Notes: a model not told the origin generated them from the letters alone. 64,000 nucleotides of DNA from an uncultured Nitrososphaerota archaeon (GCA_963718895.1 CAVRAG010000007.1:704001-768000); one strand, 5' to 3'. Shown: positions 50,673 to 61,730, numbered from the stretch's first letter. Translations and numbers: made by a program.

Positions 50673-51480
50673 ATGGGAATCTCGAAGAAGGTAGCCCTCG
50701 TCACGGGGGCGGCGTCCGGGATTGGTGAAGGAATAGCTCTCCATCTCGCAAGAGAGGGCGCCTCGGTCATAGTGGCAGACGTGGACGAGGTCAAGGGCGA
50801 GAGAGTCGCCGCACGAATCTCGAAGGGGAAGGGCGATGCCGTCTTCATCAGAGTGGATGTCTCCAATCAGGGTGAGGTCAAGGCGGCGCTTGCGAAGTGC
50901 AGGAAGAAGTTCGGCGGCCTCGACATCCTCGTAAACAACGCCGGCATCAACGTGGGCTTGAGCAGCGGTCCGAATCCTACAGGGTGCCCGAAGAGATATG
51001 GATCGTACCATCGATACCAACCTGAAGGGAACGTTCCTCTGCACAAAGTATTCTGTGCCGCTCATGAGGAAGAGGCAAGGCGGGTCGATAATCAACATAT
51101 CTTCGATGCTGGGGCTCTACGCCATCCCAGGGGCGTCCTCTACTGCGCCTCCAAGGGAGGATCATATCGCTCACGCGGGCGACAGCCATGGACTCCGCGA
51201 GGTTCAAGATAAGGGCAAACTGCATCTGCCCTGGTGCGATCAAGACGCCGGCCTTCGGAAGGGCGTTCACCGACCCCACCGAGCTGCGCCGTCTCTTTGC
51301 GATCTATGAGAAAGGGTATCCGGCCAAGCGCATAGGGGAACCAAAGGACATCGCGTCTTTGGTGGCCTATCTGGCGGATGAGGCCTCCTCGTTCATCACT
51401 GGGTCCGTCATAACAATCGACGGCGGCATGCACGCCCAGTACGGCGAAGCGCTGCTGAAGATGAGGATTGACGGGATAAT
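50673..51480 (+). CDS. SDR family oxidoreductase (frameshifted, end approximate)
   Basis: TGAASGIG, NNAG, YCASKG, NCICPG, ITGSVITIDGG across three frames. Confidence 0.85.
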
Positions 51481-52553
51481 CTATCGCTCTCGCTGCCCGG
51501 ATGGAGCCACTTGTACTTGTACTCCTGACCGCTCATCGAGGATTTCTGCACTAGGAGGCCGAGGAGCTCAACGAGGTTGGCGTGCTGCGTCATGGGCACG
51601 TCGTCCGCTCCCGGGTCGAGCAGGCCGGGACCGCCGTTTATGGCACCCGCCGCGGCGCAGTAGGCCTGCGTCTGCAACTCAATCTGTCTGTCGTGCAAGA
51701 CCGCGGGTTTCTGCAGCAGCGCCGAAAGGCAGGCCTCTATGCCGTAGGCGCCCCAGTTCGAGATCGTCGCGGTGACCAGCACCTCCGTCGCGATGTTGGA
51801 GGCCGAGCCTCCCTGGCAAGGGCACTTGCACTCCCCCGAGAACGGGACGTACTTCAGGACCGAGTCTCTTATGAGACCACAACCTAGCTCGTTCCCCCCA
51901 TCCCCTATCCCGATAGTCAGCGTGCCCTGAGCCGTAGCCGAGAGAAACATGCTGTCGGGTTTGGCGAGGTACTTTGAGATGTTTATCCCAGTCAGCCCGT
52001 GATATTCGCCCTTGACGTTCTGCGACGGTCTCTCAATCGCAATGAGCGCGGAGGGGTTGAGTTCCTTAAGCATTCGTTCCCCGGCGGCGGCCGCCTGGTT
52101 GGATTCCGTAGTGAATTCGACGATAGATGCGAGTCTCGGAAGCCTCAGCACCTCGTCTATAGAGCCCACGTTCAGACCCGAGCCAGCGAGTGCGGCCTTG
52201 GTTATCCCCACGTTGAAAGAATCCGTCACAAGCACCACCTTGGCGTCCAGCCCGAGTACCAGGGCGCGCGCAAGGGTCGCTGCGCCGACGGGGCCATCCT
52301 GCTCTCCGACGGTGAACCACGGCGGACAGGCGAACCCAGTCGTGATTATCACCACATCATTCGCCTTGACACATTGCGCCAGCCGTTGGGCCGCGAGCAT
52401 CGTAATCGGAAAGTTACCCTGCTTCTCCCTCGCCGCACCATAGAGTTTGTCGATAACGCCGCGGCACGAGATGTCCGCTGTGATCAGTCGATCGACGGTA
52501 TTGCCCAGCACCTGGTGGTGTTGCGACACGGAGTGGGAATCGCTTTGGTCCAT
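51408..52553 (-). CDS. D-glutamate cyclase family protein (DUF4392)
   Basis: TTGF, EQDGPVGA, IERP, IGDGGNELGCG, SNWGAY. Confidence 0.88.
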   Translation of the reverse strand: MDQSDSHSVSQHHQVLGNTVDRLITADISCRGVIDKLYGAAREKQGNFPITMLAAQRLAQCVKANDVVIITTGFACPPWFTVGEQDGPVGAATLARALVLGLDAKVVLVTDSFNVGITKAALAGSGLNVGSIDEVLRLPRLASIVEFTTESNQAAAAGERMLKELNPSALIAIERPSQNVKGEYHGLTGINISKYLAKPDSMFLSATAQGTLTIGIGDGGNELGCGLIRDSVLKYVPFSGECKCPCQGGSASNIATEVLVTATISNWGAYGIEACLSALLQKPAVLHDRQIELQTQAYCAAAGAINGGPGLLDPGADDVPMTQHANLVELLGLLVQKSSMSGQEYKYKWLHPGSESDRLSRQSSSSAALRRTGRACRRRLL

Positions 52554-52621
52554 CTTGATCTCCACCTCACGGCCTCTTCCATCTCGCAACATCAACCTTT
52601 GGTCCGAGGTCGAGTGCCCTT

Positions 52622-54530
52622 CTATCCGAATGTGACGGTATTGAAGAGCGGGGAGGTGTCCGCGCCCTGGAGCATCGGGTCTAGGTAGAAGTTCTTGACT
52701 ACGCCTGTCTTCCAGACGAGTGAACCGCTTCCCTGCCAGAGTTTCACGACGGCCACCCACGCGTATGGGGCATCTGCGTTGATCTGCTCTTGCGCCTTGG
52801 TGCAGAGCGCGGCTATCTGGGTCTGGTTCGCGTCCGTGGTGAAGGCGTTCACGCAGGCCTGGACGGTTGGAGTGGAGTAGGCCGCAAAATCTCCATAGAG
52901 TGAGCTGTTGCTGACAAAGGATATCCAGTCATCCGCCGGGGTCAGCGCGTTCAGCGTCCACGTGGGAGCCCCGTTCAAGATGTTAATCTGCCCAATCTCC
53001 TGGGCGTTCTGAACGTTTGTGGTGTAGCTGCCGAAGAGCGAGGTGTACTCGCCGAAGGTCTCAGTGACGATGTTGGTTTGTATCCCTATGTTGGAAAGGT
53101 CCCCCTGGGATCAGCTGCGCCTCATCGGTGCACGAACCGCAGTTCGCAAGTATCCTGATGGCGAGCGTGGGCATTGTCTTTACGTCAGCGGCCGCAAGGT
53201 AGTGCTGCGCCAGCGTCACGTTGTAGGAGTATGGTTGCGCACCACCCAGGTCGTAGAAACTCCCGAAGAGCGGAGCCTCCGGACCGACGAATTGCGACCC
53301 TTGTCCGAGCCAGACCTTCTGGATTATCTGGCTGTAGTTGATCGTGCTGGACTATTGCGAGTCTCACATCTGTGATATTGGTAGGATAGCTCTGCGTATT
53401 CAGGTCGACGAAGTTGACCTGGGCTCCGAGCCCGCTCGTCGCGACGTAGGAGTACTCGTTAGGGTTCGCGTCACAAGGTTCCAGTCCTGCGCCATTATCA
53501 TAGCAACCTGCGCCGTCCCTGTGCTGAGGTCTGTGTATCGTGTGACATCATCGGGCTTGTAGTTTATGACGACGTTCTTGACGTGGCCCGGATCGAACAT
53601 GGGCTGCGCTGCTATCTGCGCTGGTGTGAGGCTGTCCCCCCAGTATGTCGGATTCTGCGCGAAGGTCACGAAATTATTCTCAGACACCTGTGTGACGACG
53701 TACGGGCCTGTACCGGGGATTGGATGCTGGTTGAAAGCCGTGTTGTAGTTTCCTGGTGTACCGAAGCCACCATTGTTGAGTACGTACTGCGCGTCAAAGA
53801 CCTGACTCATCCAGGGCACCAGCAGTCCGAGGAACCACTGGAAGGGTGCTTGCAGGTGGAAGACTATCTGGTTGGGACCGGTAACATAAATCGGCCAATG
53901 GTTGTTCTCCATCACGCTCAGGGCCGCCGACGAGGGCGAGGAGAGTCCTGACTTCGTCAGAGTTGAGAGCGTCGACGAACCGAAGTTCACGCTACTCATG
54001 TTGAAGACATCGTAGGAGTTGAACCAGGAGGAGGCATTCCCGGATACGTAGTAGAGCCCGTAGAGTTCAGCCCATACCTGATATGCGTTGAAGGGGTCAC
54101 CATTGGAGAAGGTCACTCCTTGCCTCAGATTGAGGGTGTAGGTCTGTCCGCCGTCCGAGACGGTCCAGTTGTCGGCCAGGCCAGGCATGTATTGGATACT
54201 ACCAGTCTGGTACTCGGCCGTGAGGTTGACAGCGACTAGCGGCTGGTACACAGTGATTTCCTGCCAGTCAGGATAAGGCGCCAAGTTGACTGTGTCAAGC
54301 GCGTTCAGGTCGCCAGTCGGCCAAATCCAGTCGTCAATGGTGAGCGTCTGTGGCGCAGACGCGCTAGAGCTGCTCGAGGCTCCCTGGGAAGATGAGGAAG
54401 GGGACGAAGATGGACTCGACAGCGAGGCAGCGTAATAGATACCGACCGCGGCTACTACAATTATGACAATGAGGGCCAGTGCAATCATCGCTCGGCCCAC
54501 GGCGATTCGACTTTCGGACCCAGCAATCAA
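52622..54530 (-). CDS. Peptide/nickel ABC substrate-binding protein, family 5 (frameshifted)
   Basis: PGLADNW, LRQGVTFSNGDPFNAY, IPGTGPY, NPTYWG; C-terminus in ORF 52622..52978. Confidence 0.82.
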
Positions 54531-54759
54531 ACGGCCTGGACTTTGGCCATTGTGTCTTAAGTCTTTCGAGAAAGCAGTCTGCGAAGCACTTTCGACAGGG
54601 TCATAATCACGAAATCGGCAGCCAAGAAACCTTGGATGCTCACTTAGTCTAGGCTTGCGGGGACCCAGAGGACCTCAACTTCAGGGTCGTTCCGTTTGGA
54701 GCGGAGACCGGTTCGGGACATCAAATGATGACGCATTGAGGCTCCAGACTCCTCGACGG

Positions 54760-56269
54760 TCAATCACGGGCTGCGGATACGACGGCGATCTTCTCTCCGA
54801 GCTTCGTGAGAACGAGAAGGCTCCCCGACATCTCAGCTATTGCAAAGCTACCATGTACCATCTGCTTCAACCGTTTGTTGGAGTAACCCTGCTGGGAGAG
54901 CCTCTTCCTCGGGACCTTGCCTCCTGAATTGTGGATGAGCTTGGCCGTGTCCCTAGCCCAGGCCGGCAATTTGTCGTAGACCTTCCAGGCCGAATCACCG
55001 TCAGGAACCCCTTCCAGTGAGATTGGAGGTGTTTTCGGACTCCCTACTATTGGGTGATTCTGATTTGGCAGATTTTGCGTCGGGGCGAATAGGAAACTGT
55101 GCTCCGGGAGGCCCACCATGCACCCCACCGGAATGTCAGTACTGGCGTCGTTGAGCTGGACCAGGCACTCTCCCACCTCCAGCTTGCGAAGGTCTGATGC
55201 GAACTTGTCCGCCTCCAACCTGCTCACCATGTAGTTCAGCGCGAGGTCGACGTCCTTGCCGCTGGTCATCGAGTGGCAGACTATGGTGTTCGAGTTGGAG
55301 ATGATGTCCTCGCTGACTTGTGTCGGCCGCGTTGCCATGACGACCAGCCCCATCCCGTACTTCCTCAGCTCGGTGGCGTACCTCTCGAGGATCCCCTCGT
55401 AGTCTCGCCTGGCGGGAGCAATGTGGTGCGCCTCGTCGACCATGAGCACGAACCTGAGCGCCTTGGTCCACCCGAGCCTCTTGCCGCGGGTGATGAGGAG
55501 CTTGCAGAGGACCTGGGAGACCATGTTCCTCGCCTCGTCGGACTCCAGCGGGCCGAGGTTGACGATGCGCAGGCCCGGCGCGAAGAGCTCGGACTCGTCC
55601 AGCGGTGGCGCGTCGGTGTCGAAGACCCGCGCCAGGGAGCCGCTCGCCAGCGGCCTGAGCCGGGAGACCACAGCCTCGTTCCCCTCGAGCCAGCCCTTGA
55701 CCTTGGTCCGGGACTCCTCGCCCTGCGCCCTGAGCTCCGAGAGGACATCGGAGAGCCGGGAGGTGTCGGCCCCGTAGCAAGACTTCAGGGCCTCGCCGAG
55801 GGCGCGCTCCTGGTACGGGGTGAAGGTGATGCCCCTGAAGGAGCTGCCGACGTAGTGGTGCATCAGGGATATGGCGCGCTCGACGTCGTCGTCGCTGTTG
55901 TCGGACCTGCGGGCGAACGGGGAGAGCGTGAGGTTGGTCCCGGGCGTGTAGACGGTCGCGCTCGGGAGAGAGGCTAGTGGTGAATGGGCGAACTCGCCGG
56001 TCCGGTCGAGGACGAGGACCGAGATGCCGTTCATCGCGGTCGAGCTCCCTGGCAATCACCATGCCCGTACCGCTCTTGCCGCTGCCGGTCCTGCCGAAGA
56101 TGCACATGTGGCGGGTGAGGCTGTCGACGGGGATGGTAACCGGGGGTCTCTCCGGCGATTGCCCGCGTTGAAGACCGTAGGTGGATGCGTCTCCTGGCGC
56201 GTCGACGCGACAACCGAGGCGGATCTCACGTCTCCCGGCGGGCGGCGATTGCTGATTCTGAAGGGGCAT
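54760..56269 (-). CDS. HerA/VirB4-like (DUF87) ATPase, cassette copy 3 (1-nt insertion near 56041)
   Basis: HMCIFGRTGSGKS, VLDRTGE, VDEAH, ELRKYG; C-terminal winged-helix-like tail. Confidence 0.88.
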
Positions 56270-56285
56270 GGAGACTGGCTCACTC

Positions 56286-56603
56286 TCAGAGGTTCACGAC
56301 ACCGGGGAAGAAGTAGAGCACGAGGAACGTGAGCCAGAGCAGGCCCGATGCGCATATCGTGACCCAGAAGTATGCCTTGGTGGTCTTGTGGTGGAAGAAG
56401 AGCCCGCCGAGTATCACGCCTGCGACCCCGCCGGCGAGGGCGATGTGCGCGAGGCTGCGCTCGCTTATCCTGTCGAACCCGATTCGGGCGGAAGTCTTGT
56501 CGGCGAGCATGGCGGCTCCGCCGAGTAGGCTCCAGACCAGGAACCACTCACCGAGAAGCCGCTCGGGGATCATGGAAGCGAGGTTGACGGGGAGCATTGC
56601 CAT
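56286..56603 (-). CDS. DUF1294 membrane protein, copy 3 (intact)
   Basis: ADKTSA..DRISE..LA.IAL.GG..G...FHHKTTK..FW. Confidence 0.88.
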   Translation of the reverse strand: MAMLPVNLASMIPERLLGEWFLVWSLLGGAAMLADKTSARIGFDRISERSLAHIALAGGVAGVILGGLFFHHKTTKAYFWVTICASGLLWLTFLVLYFFPGVVNL

Positions 56604-56607
56604 CGCC

Positions 56608-56811
56608 CTAGGCGGTCTTGGGGACCGGGATGCCGCCTTCGTGCATCTCTATCCGGCACTCGGGACAGACGAGCTTCTTGAATAAGCGCCCCACCTTCTT
56701 CTTAGGGCAGGTGTCGCAGTAGAGCTTCCGGCAGCTAGGACACTGCCAAGCGATCCTCCCGCGAAACCCGCCGACCTCCTTGTTGCACTGGATGCAGAAT
56801 CCTCGGACTAA
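56608..56811 (-). CDS. Small multi-CxxC zinc-finger protein, copy 3 (start codon reads TTA, so missing from the ORF track)
   Basis: VRGFCIQCNKEVGGFRGRIAWQCPSCRKLYCDTCPKKKVGRLFKKLVCPECRIEMHEGG; same length and promoter box as copy 2. Confidence 0.8.
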   Translation of the reverse strand, partial: LVRGFCIQCNKEVGGFRGRIAWQCPSCRKLYCDTCPKKKVGRLFKKLVCPECRIEMHEGGIPVPKTA

Positions 56812-56862
56812 AGTGCCCTATGATCAGGAACAAAGATTTAACGACCAAGGACACCTTCGAGA

Positions 56863-58921
56863 TTACGCTTGAGAAGAACTTGCAACTCCCTTTTCGACAA
56901 CACTCAGGGGAGGAAAGGCTCTACTCAAGAGGGGTCCTATTGACTTGTCCAAGGTTCGGGGGTTGGTTTCAAGGAATTTGGTGATGAATGCATGAGCAAT
57001 CAACGGCTTCTTTTCAACACCCTCCCTTCCCTTTATGTACTCGGAAACATCCTTGTATAGGGAACTGTCGAGTTTTTGGATAAAATCCTCCAAATTCTTG
57101 GAGAAGAAGAACACTTGATTGGTCAAATCGTCTATTCCATCATTTCTTACAATGGAGTAGGATTCGCCATCGTCAGAGTACTTGGCAGCGAGCTTTTCTT
57201 AGCGTGTTATCATCATGGTTGTCTCCATCGGCCAAAATCGTAAATGGAATGCCAATGTTGTTTAGAACCCGAGAGTACTTCCCGAAGTTGCCGTTGCTTC
57301 CTACATCTACTATGATGTTCTCTCTCTTGTCAATCTCCATGTCATAGTGCCTCGCCGCAATGTCCAGGAATTCCCGATCGGCCTCTCCCTCGCACATGAC
57401 TATCCTGTTCGCGAAGAATACTCTTGTGTCGATTTGGTATGATAGCTTGTACCGATCCTCGTCTTCAAAATGGAGAGCAGCATTCAGTTGGGTAGCGATA
57501 CTCTTCGCACCGGTTCTTCTAACGTAGAAGAGATTCGCGTTGAAGTCGAATATCAGATTGTGAACCAACTTGGGAGAGTGCGTTGCCACAATAATCTGGC
57601 TCTTCGTTGCAACTAACTTATCCATTAGAGCCTTCATCTGTGGAGGATGGAGATTGACAGCGGGCTCGTCCAGCAATATCACAGAATCTTCTACCCCGAT
57701 CGCCGCGGCCAAGAGAAAAAGCGATTCTGCCAAACCTGCTCCAACACGGTCCAGCTCGAATTGCTTCGAATTCGTTGAATCAGTTACAATGATGTATGTG
57801 TGGTGTGGAACCTGAGGTATGTTTCGTTGTTGAAAGTTTTCTTGACCGAGACTCACGTATCTGGGCAGTACATCGAAACTCAAGGAAGGGAATAGATCCT
57901 GGAAAGATTCCCTTATTGCGCGAAATCTCTTCCTCTGCTCAAGAATGTTGGACTCTTTCAGGCTAAACAGAAACTGGCCAAGATTCCACCCGTCAGCTTC
58001 GAGTCGATTTGTGTACTGTAGAGGTTCGTCTGCCGAGGCTGCCTGAGTGGCAACTGGTGTTTGGGCCACATGGTCAGCTTCGACTGTTGCCTTGCCGAAT
58101 ATCGTGCCTCCGCTTGTGAATATTATCTTGTTCCGCAGAATTGAACCGAGAATTGAAGAGAACGTAATCTGGGAGTTCTGACTTGGCGGAAATCCAGCTG
58201 AAATCAAGACTTGCTGGAACATCCTTCGATGATCCTCCGAGGCATTTGTCAAATATTGATCCTGAATGTCTTGGATTGTAAAGTAGGTCGAATCCTCGAC
58301 AAAGACTTTGTGTGAAGCGGCTTGGGGATCTGCGGACAGACTGATGCCATCCAGGAGACCTGCAAGATTGCTTTCGGGTTGCTTACCTTTGAACCCATTC
58401 TGCATCGAATCTCGAACATCATCCACCACATAGATCGTCCCCGTCCCATTGGGAGCGTGGAATCGTACGCCTAAGTCTATCAGTTCGAGTTCAAACACAT
58501 TATCCCGAGTAGTTGGAAAGTAGCCCAAGGGCCAACCCAGTGTGAGCCGAGCCCTTCTGCAAAGCTCGACGAGACGGTCGAAATTCTTGTAGTCGTAAAC
58601 ATAGGTCCTTTCCCCTGCGGCATCTCTTACTCGATAGACTCTGAGGAAGTCGAGCAGAGTCTTGGCCTCACTATTTGAGAACACCAACTCGGCTGAGAGC
58701 ACTGGAGGCTTGTTCGAGAATACTTCGTCCTCTGACGGCCTCTTGGAGGACGGAGGGAGGCTCTCCGCGAAGAGACGGACTATTCGGAGGAGATTTGACT
58801 TCCCGGAGTTGTTTGGTCCGACAATCACGTTTGACTTGCTAAGCGAGAGGCGTGTGGGCGGCTGCGAGTCGCCATCATACGAGTAAAGGCCTTGCACGGT
58901 CAATTCCTTGAGCTCCACCAT
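56863..58921 (-). CDS. OLD-family ATP-dependent endonuclease (ABC ATPase + TOPRIM), frameshift near 57180
   Basis: GPNNSGKS, LLDEPAVNLHP, ATHSP, CEGEAD, ADGD; visibly more AT-rich than flanks. Confidence 0.88.
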
Positions 58922-59036
58922 GGATTTTACCTCAATTGATTAGAGAATATCGCTTCTCTTAAGGTCTAGTCGATTAGTCTTGGAATGCATCAAGAAGACA
59001 ATCCCGAACAGGCCGGATGCTTCTAGCAAATGCCAT

Positions 59037-59260
59037 TGGTGCTTAAATGCGCTACCAAACTGAGTTTTCACCCTACGACACGCAAATGACTCTCCCGCCC
59101 TAAACCAGAGACGATACGTGGAGTTGCCTGCGCTGGAAGAACGCAGTCTGAGTGTCGAGGGTTGCTCCGCGGAAGGCGAGCCAACAGGTCCGAAGAGGAA
59201 GACTTCACCACGGATCTTTGACTTTCCAGCGAATGCCGTACCGTTAACCAGAGAGGGCTC
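59037..59260 (+). ncRNA. Dispersed non-coding element, copy D (divergent)
   Basis: TGGTGCTTAAAT box; stem ACCCT-CGACAC/GTGTCG-AGGGT at the same 76-nt spacing as TTGCGC/GCGCAA in B; shared GAAGAGGAAGAC and TGACTTTC.AGCGAATGCCGT. Confidence 0.6.
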
Positions 59261-59350
59261 GTTAACCGCGCCCAGTGAAACTTCGACTCAGGCAACACAA
59301 CTCCTATTAGTCAAAGACTAGATTTCTTCTGCGTTGAGAATCTCACAAAC

Positions 59351-61730
59351 GTGTCGTGCAGCTCTTGCCTTCTCGCCTCCTTTGTATTAGCGCTCTCGTT
59401 TACCCCTTTGAGTTCAGCCGCGGCCGGCACACTCGCTCTCCAAATGATAACCACGCCTGCCGGAGCTTCTGCCCGCAATGATTTGATGACGGTGGAAGTA
59501 ATAATATCTTCGGCTGGAGCACCTGTCTCAGGAGCTTCGGTCACACTAAAGTGAGATTCCTTTGGTTCCACCTTCTCACCTTCAACCACAGTAACTAGCT
59601 CTGATGACACAGCATTCGTTAGGCTATACTTCTCTGCAAGTACTTGCGGAGCTGATAAGATTACGGGTACCGTTATTGCCTCTGGGTACTCGGCAACTAC
59701 AAACTCCACTTCCGTGATCCTAAACTGTAGCAATACACAGCTGAGCGTCACCGCCTCGGTGCAGAACAGTCCGGTGGCAGGAGGGAGTTCAGACTTAATC
59801 AGCGGGCGCGTCTACGTTTATGGTGTGAACAATGGTGTATCTGGTGTGACCATGACATTCTCCGATACCATAGATTCACAATTCTTCTCGCAATCCGCCC
59901 AGACTGACAATAGTGGGAATGGAAATTACAACGTCAACTTCACTCTCGGGGTGGTTAGCAAGCCTACAATCGATTTCATAACAGTCACGGCGTCAGAGAG
60001 TGGGTACACCCGGAGCAGCTCGACGATATTCTCTTCCCCCTTTAACCCTTTTGACTCGAACGACCTCACAGTAACGCTAAACAAATTCCTCCCCTCAACA
60101 CTGACTACCATTCAGGAACCATCCAATAATTTGGTCTGCCGTCAACGACTACATGGTTGTCGAGGCTAAAGTGACCGCAGGAGGAACACCGATCGCGGCT
60201 GTTTCTGTCTCGTTCAGCGACTCATTCGGGTCAGGTTTCACGCCCTCGGTTGTAACAACAAACTCCTCTGGCGTAGCTGTTACACAGCTCTTTCTCTCTT
60301 CCGGGAATACCGGAGTCGATGTGATGAGTGCCTCAGCGTCTCAAGCGGGGCGCACCACCGGTATCGGGTCTAACATCTTTTACGTCGCCCCTCGAACCGG
60401 TACGCAGCTCACTGTAACCGCCGCTGTACAGAACAGACCAGCGACGGGAGGGAGCTCAGATCTCATCACCGGGCGTGTCCAAGTATACGGTGTGAACTTC
60501 ATACCGGGCGTAACCGTAACATTCACTGATACCATAGGCTCACGGTTCTTTGTGCAGTCTGCCCAGACTGACAGCGGTGGATTCTATACTGTCAACTTCA
60601 CTCTCGGATCTCCAAAGACGGTCTCGACCGATTTTATCACCATCGCTGCAGCGGCAGGTGGTTATACAGGTAGCAGCTCGACGATATTCATGACCGTGAA
60701 CCCGTATAACTCTAGCGTCTTGTCGGTGGCAGTCGATGGTTTCCTCCCATCTACGCTGAGCACATATCAGAATCATCCGTTTACGTCATCTGCCGTGAAT
60801 GACTACCTGATCGCAGAGGCTGAGATAACAGCCGGAGGAACACCCGTCCAGGGTGCTTATGTCACGTTCAGCGACTCGTTTGGTTCCACCTTCACGCCGA
60901 CAGTGGCCAGAACGGATGTATCAGGCGTGGCGATCACAGAACTTTTTCTCTCTTCTGGGAATACGGGAATCGATACGATAAGTGCTTCGGCATCACTGCC
61001 CAGCTATTCAGGTGGCATTGGCTCCAACGCAATTTACGTGCTTCCCAGGACGTCGACTCAGCTAAGTGTCAGCGCGAGTACTTCGATAGGGAGCCCGACC
61101 TCAGGGAGCTCAGATTTCCTCAATGGACGTGTCCAGGTATACGGTGTGGCCTACATCCCCGGTGTGACCCTGACCTTTTCTGACACAATAGGCTCCCAAT
61201 TCTTCCCGCAGTCCATTCAAAGCGACAAGACTGGCTCCTATTCTGTCACCTTTACTTTGGGGACCGTAAGCGGCCCAACATTCGACCTCATAACGGTGGC
61301 TGCATCAGGGAGCGGCTATACGGGGAGCAGTTCGGCGATACTTGTACTTGTGAACCCATCTGGCAGCATCTCTGTTTCGACGCAAGGAAGCCAGACCATT
61401 GTCGTGTCTACCACAACCGTCACGAATACAGAGACGGTCACCAGCGTATCAGTATTGACCATGCCTGGAGGCGCGACTGCGACAGTGACTTCAACGGCTG
61501 TCCAAGTCATCACAATCTCTGGAACAACAACGATCACTCGGCTGGTAAACTCGACAGCATCTCAATCGACCACGCCGCTCAACTCGTCCCAAGGTGGCAG
61601 CTCCTCGACGCCTAATTCAGATGAAGACTACCTTGCTGTTTTCCTCGTCATAATCGTGGCGTTATCCGCCACCGTTGCCGTACTGTTCAGGGGTCGTGGG
61701 TCGAGAATCACTCCCACGGAACCATGGTGA
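59351..61730 (+). CDS. Large surface protein with three tandem Ig-like repeat pairs, S/T stalk and C-terminal TM (in-frame stop at 59552, frameshift near 60150)
   Basis: Repeats of TQLSV..GSSDL..GRV.VYGV..TFSDTI.S.FF and DSFGS.F.P; C-terminal hydrophobic anchor. Confidence 0.75.

Noticed and set aside
54720-54760. ATGATGA as a C/D-box sRNA
   Set aside because: No properly spaced D box (CTGA) or terminal stem seen
40431-59260. Dispersed repeats as a CRISPR array or tRNA genes
   Set aside because: Copies are kilobases apart with no repeat-spacer periodicity and no cas genes; there is no canonical T-loop, D-loop or acceptor-stem geometry
59037-59350. Element as a riboswitch or 5' leader
   Set aside because: Downstream genes are unrelated and at variable distances, and copy A faces a convergent gene; disfavoured but not fully excluded
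59552-59554. In-frame TGA as selenocysteine or readthrough
   Set aside because: Sister repeats read VTFSD with no Cys; this copy has three extra bases, fitting indel error or decay
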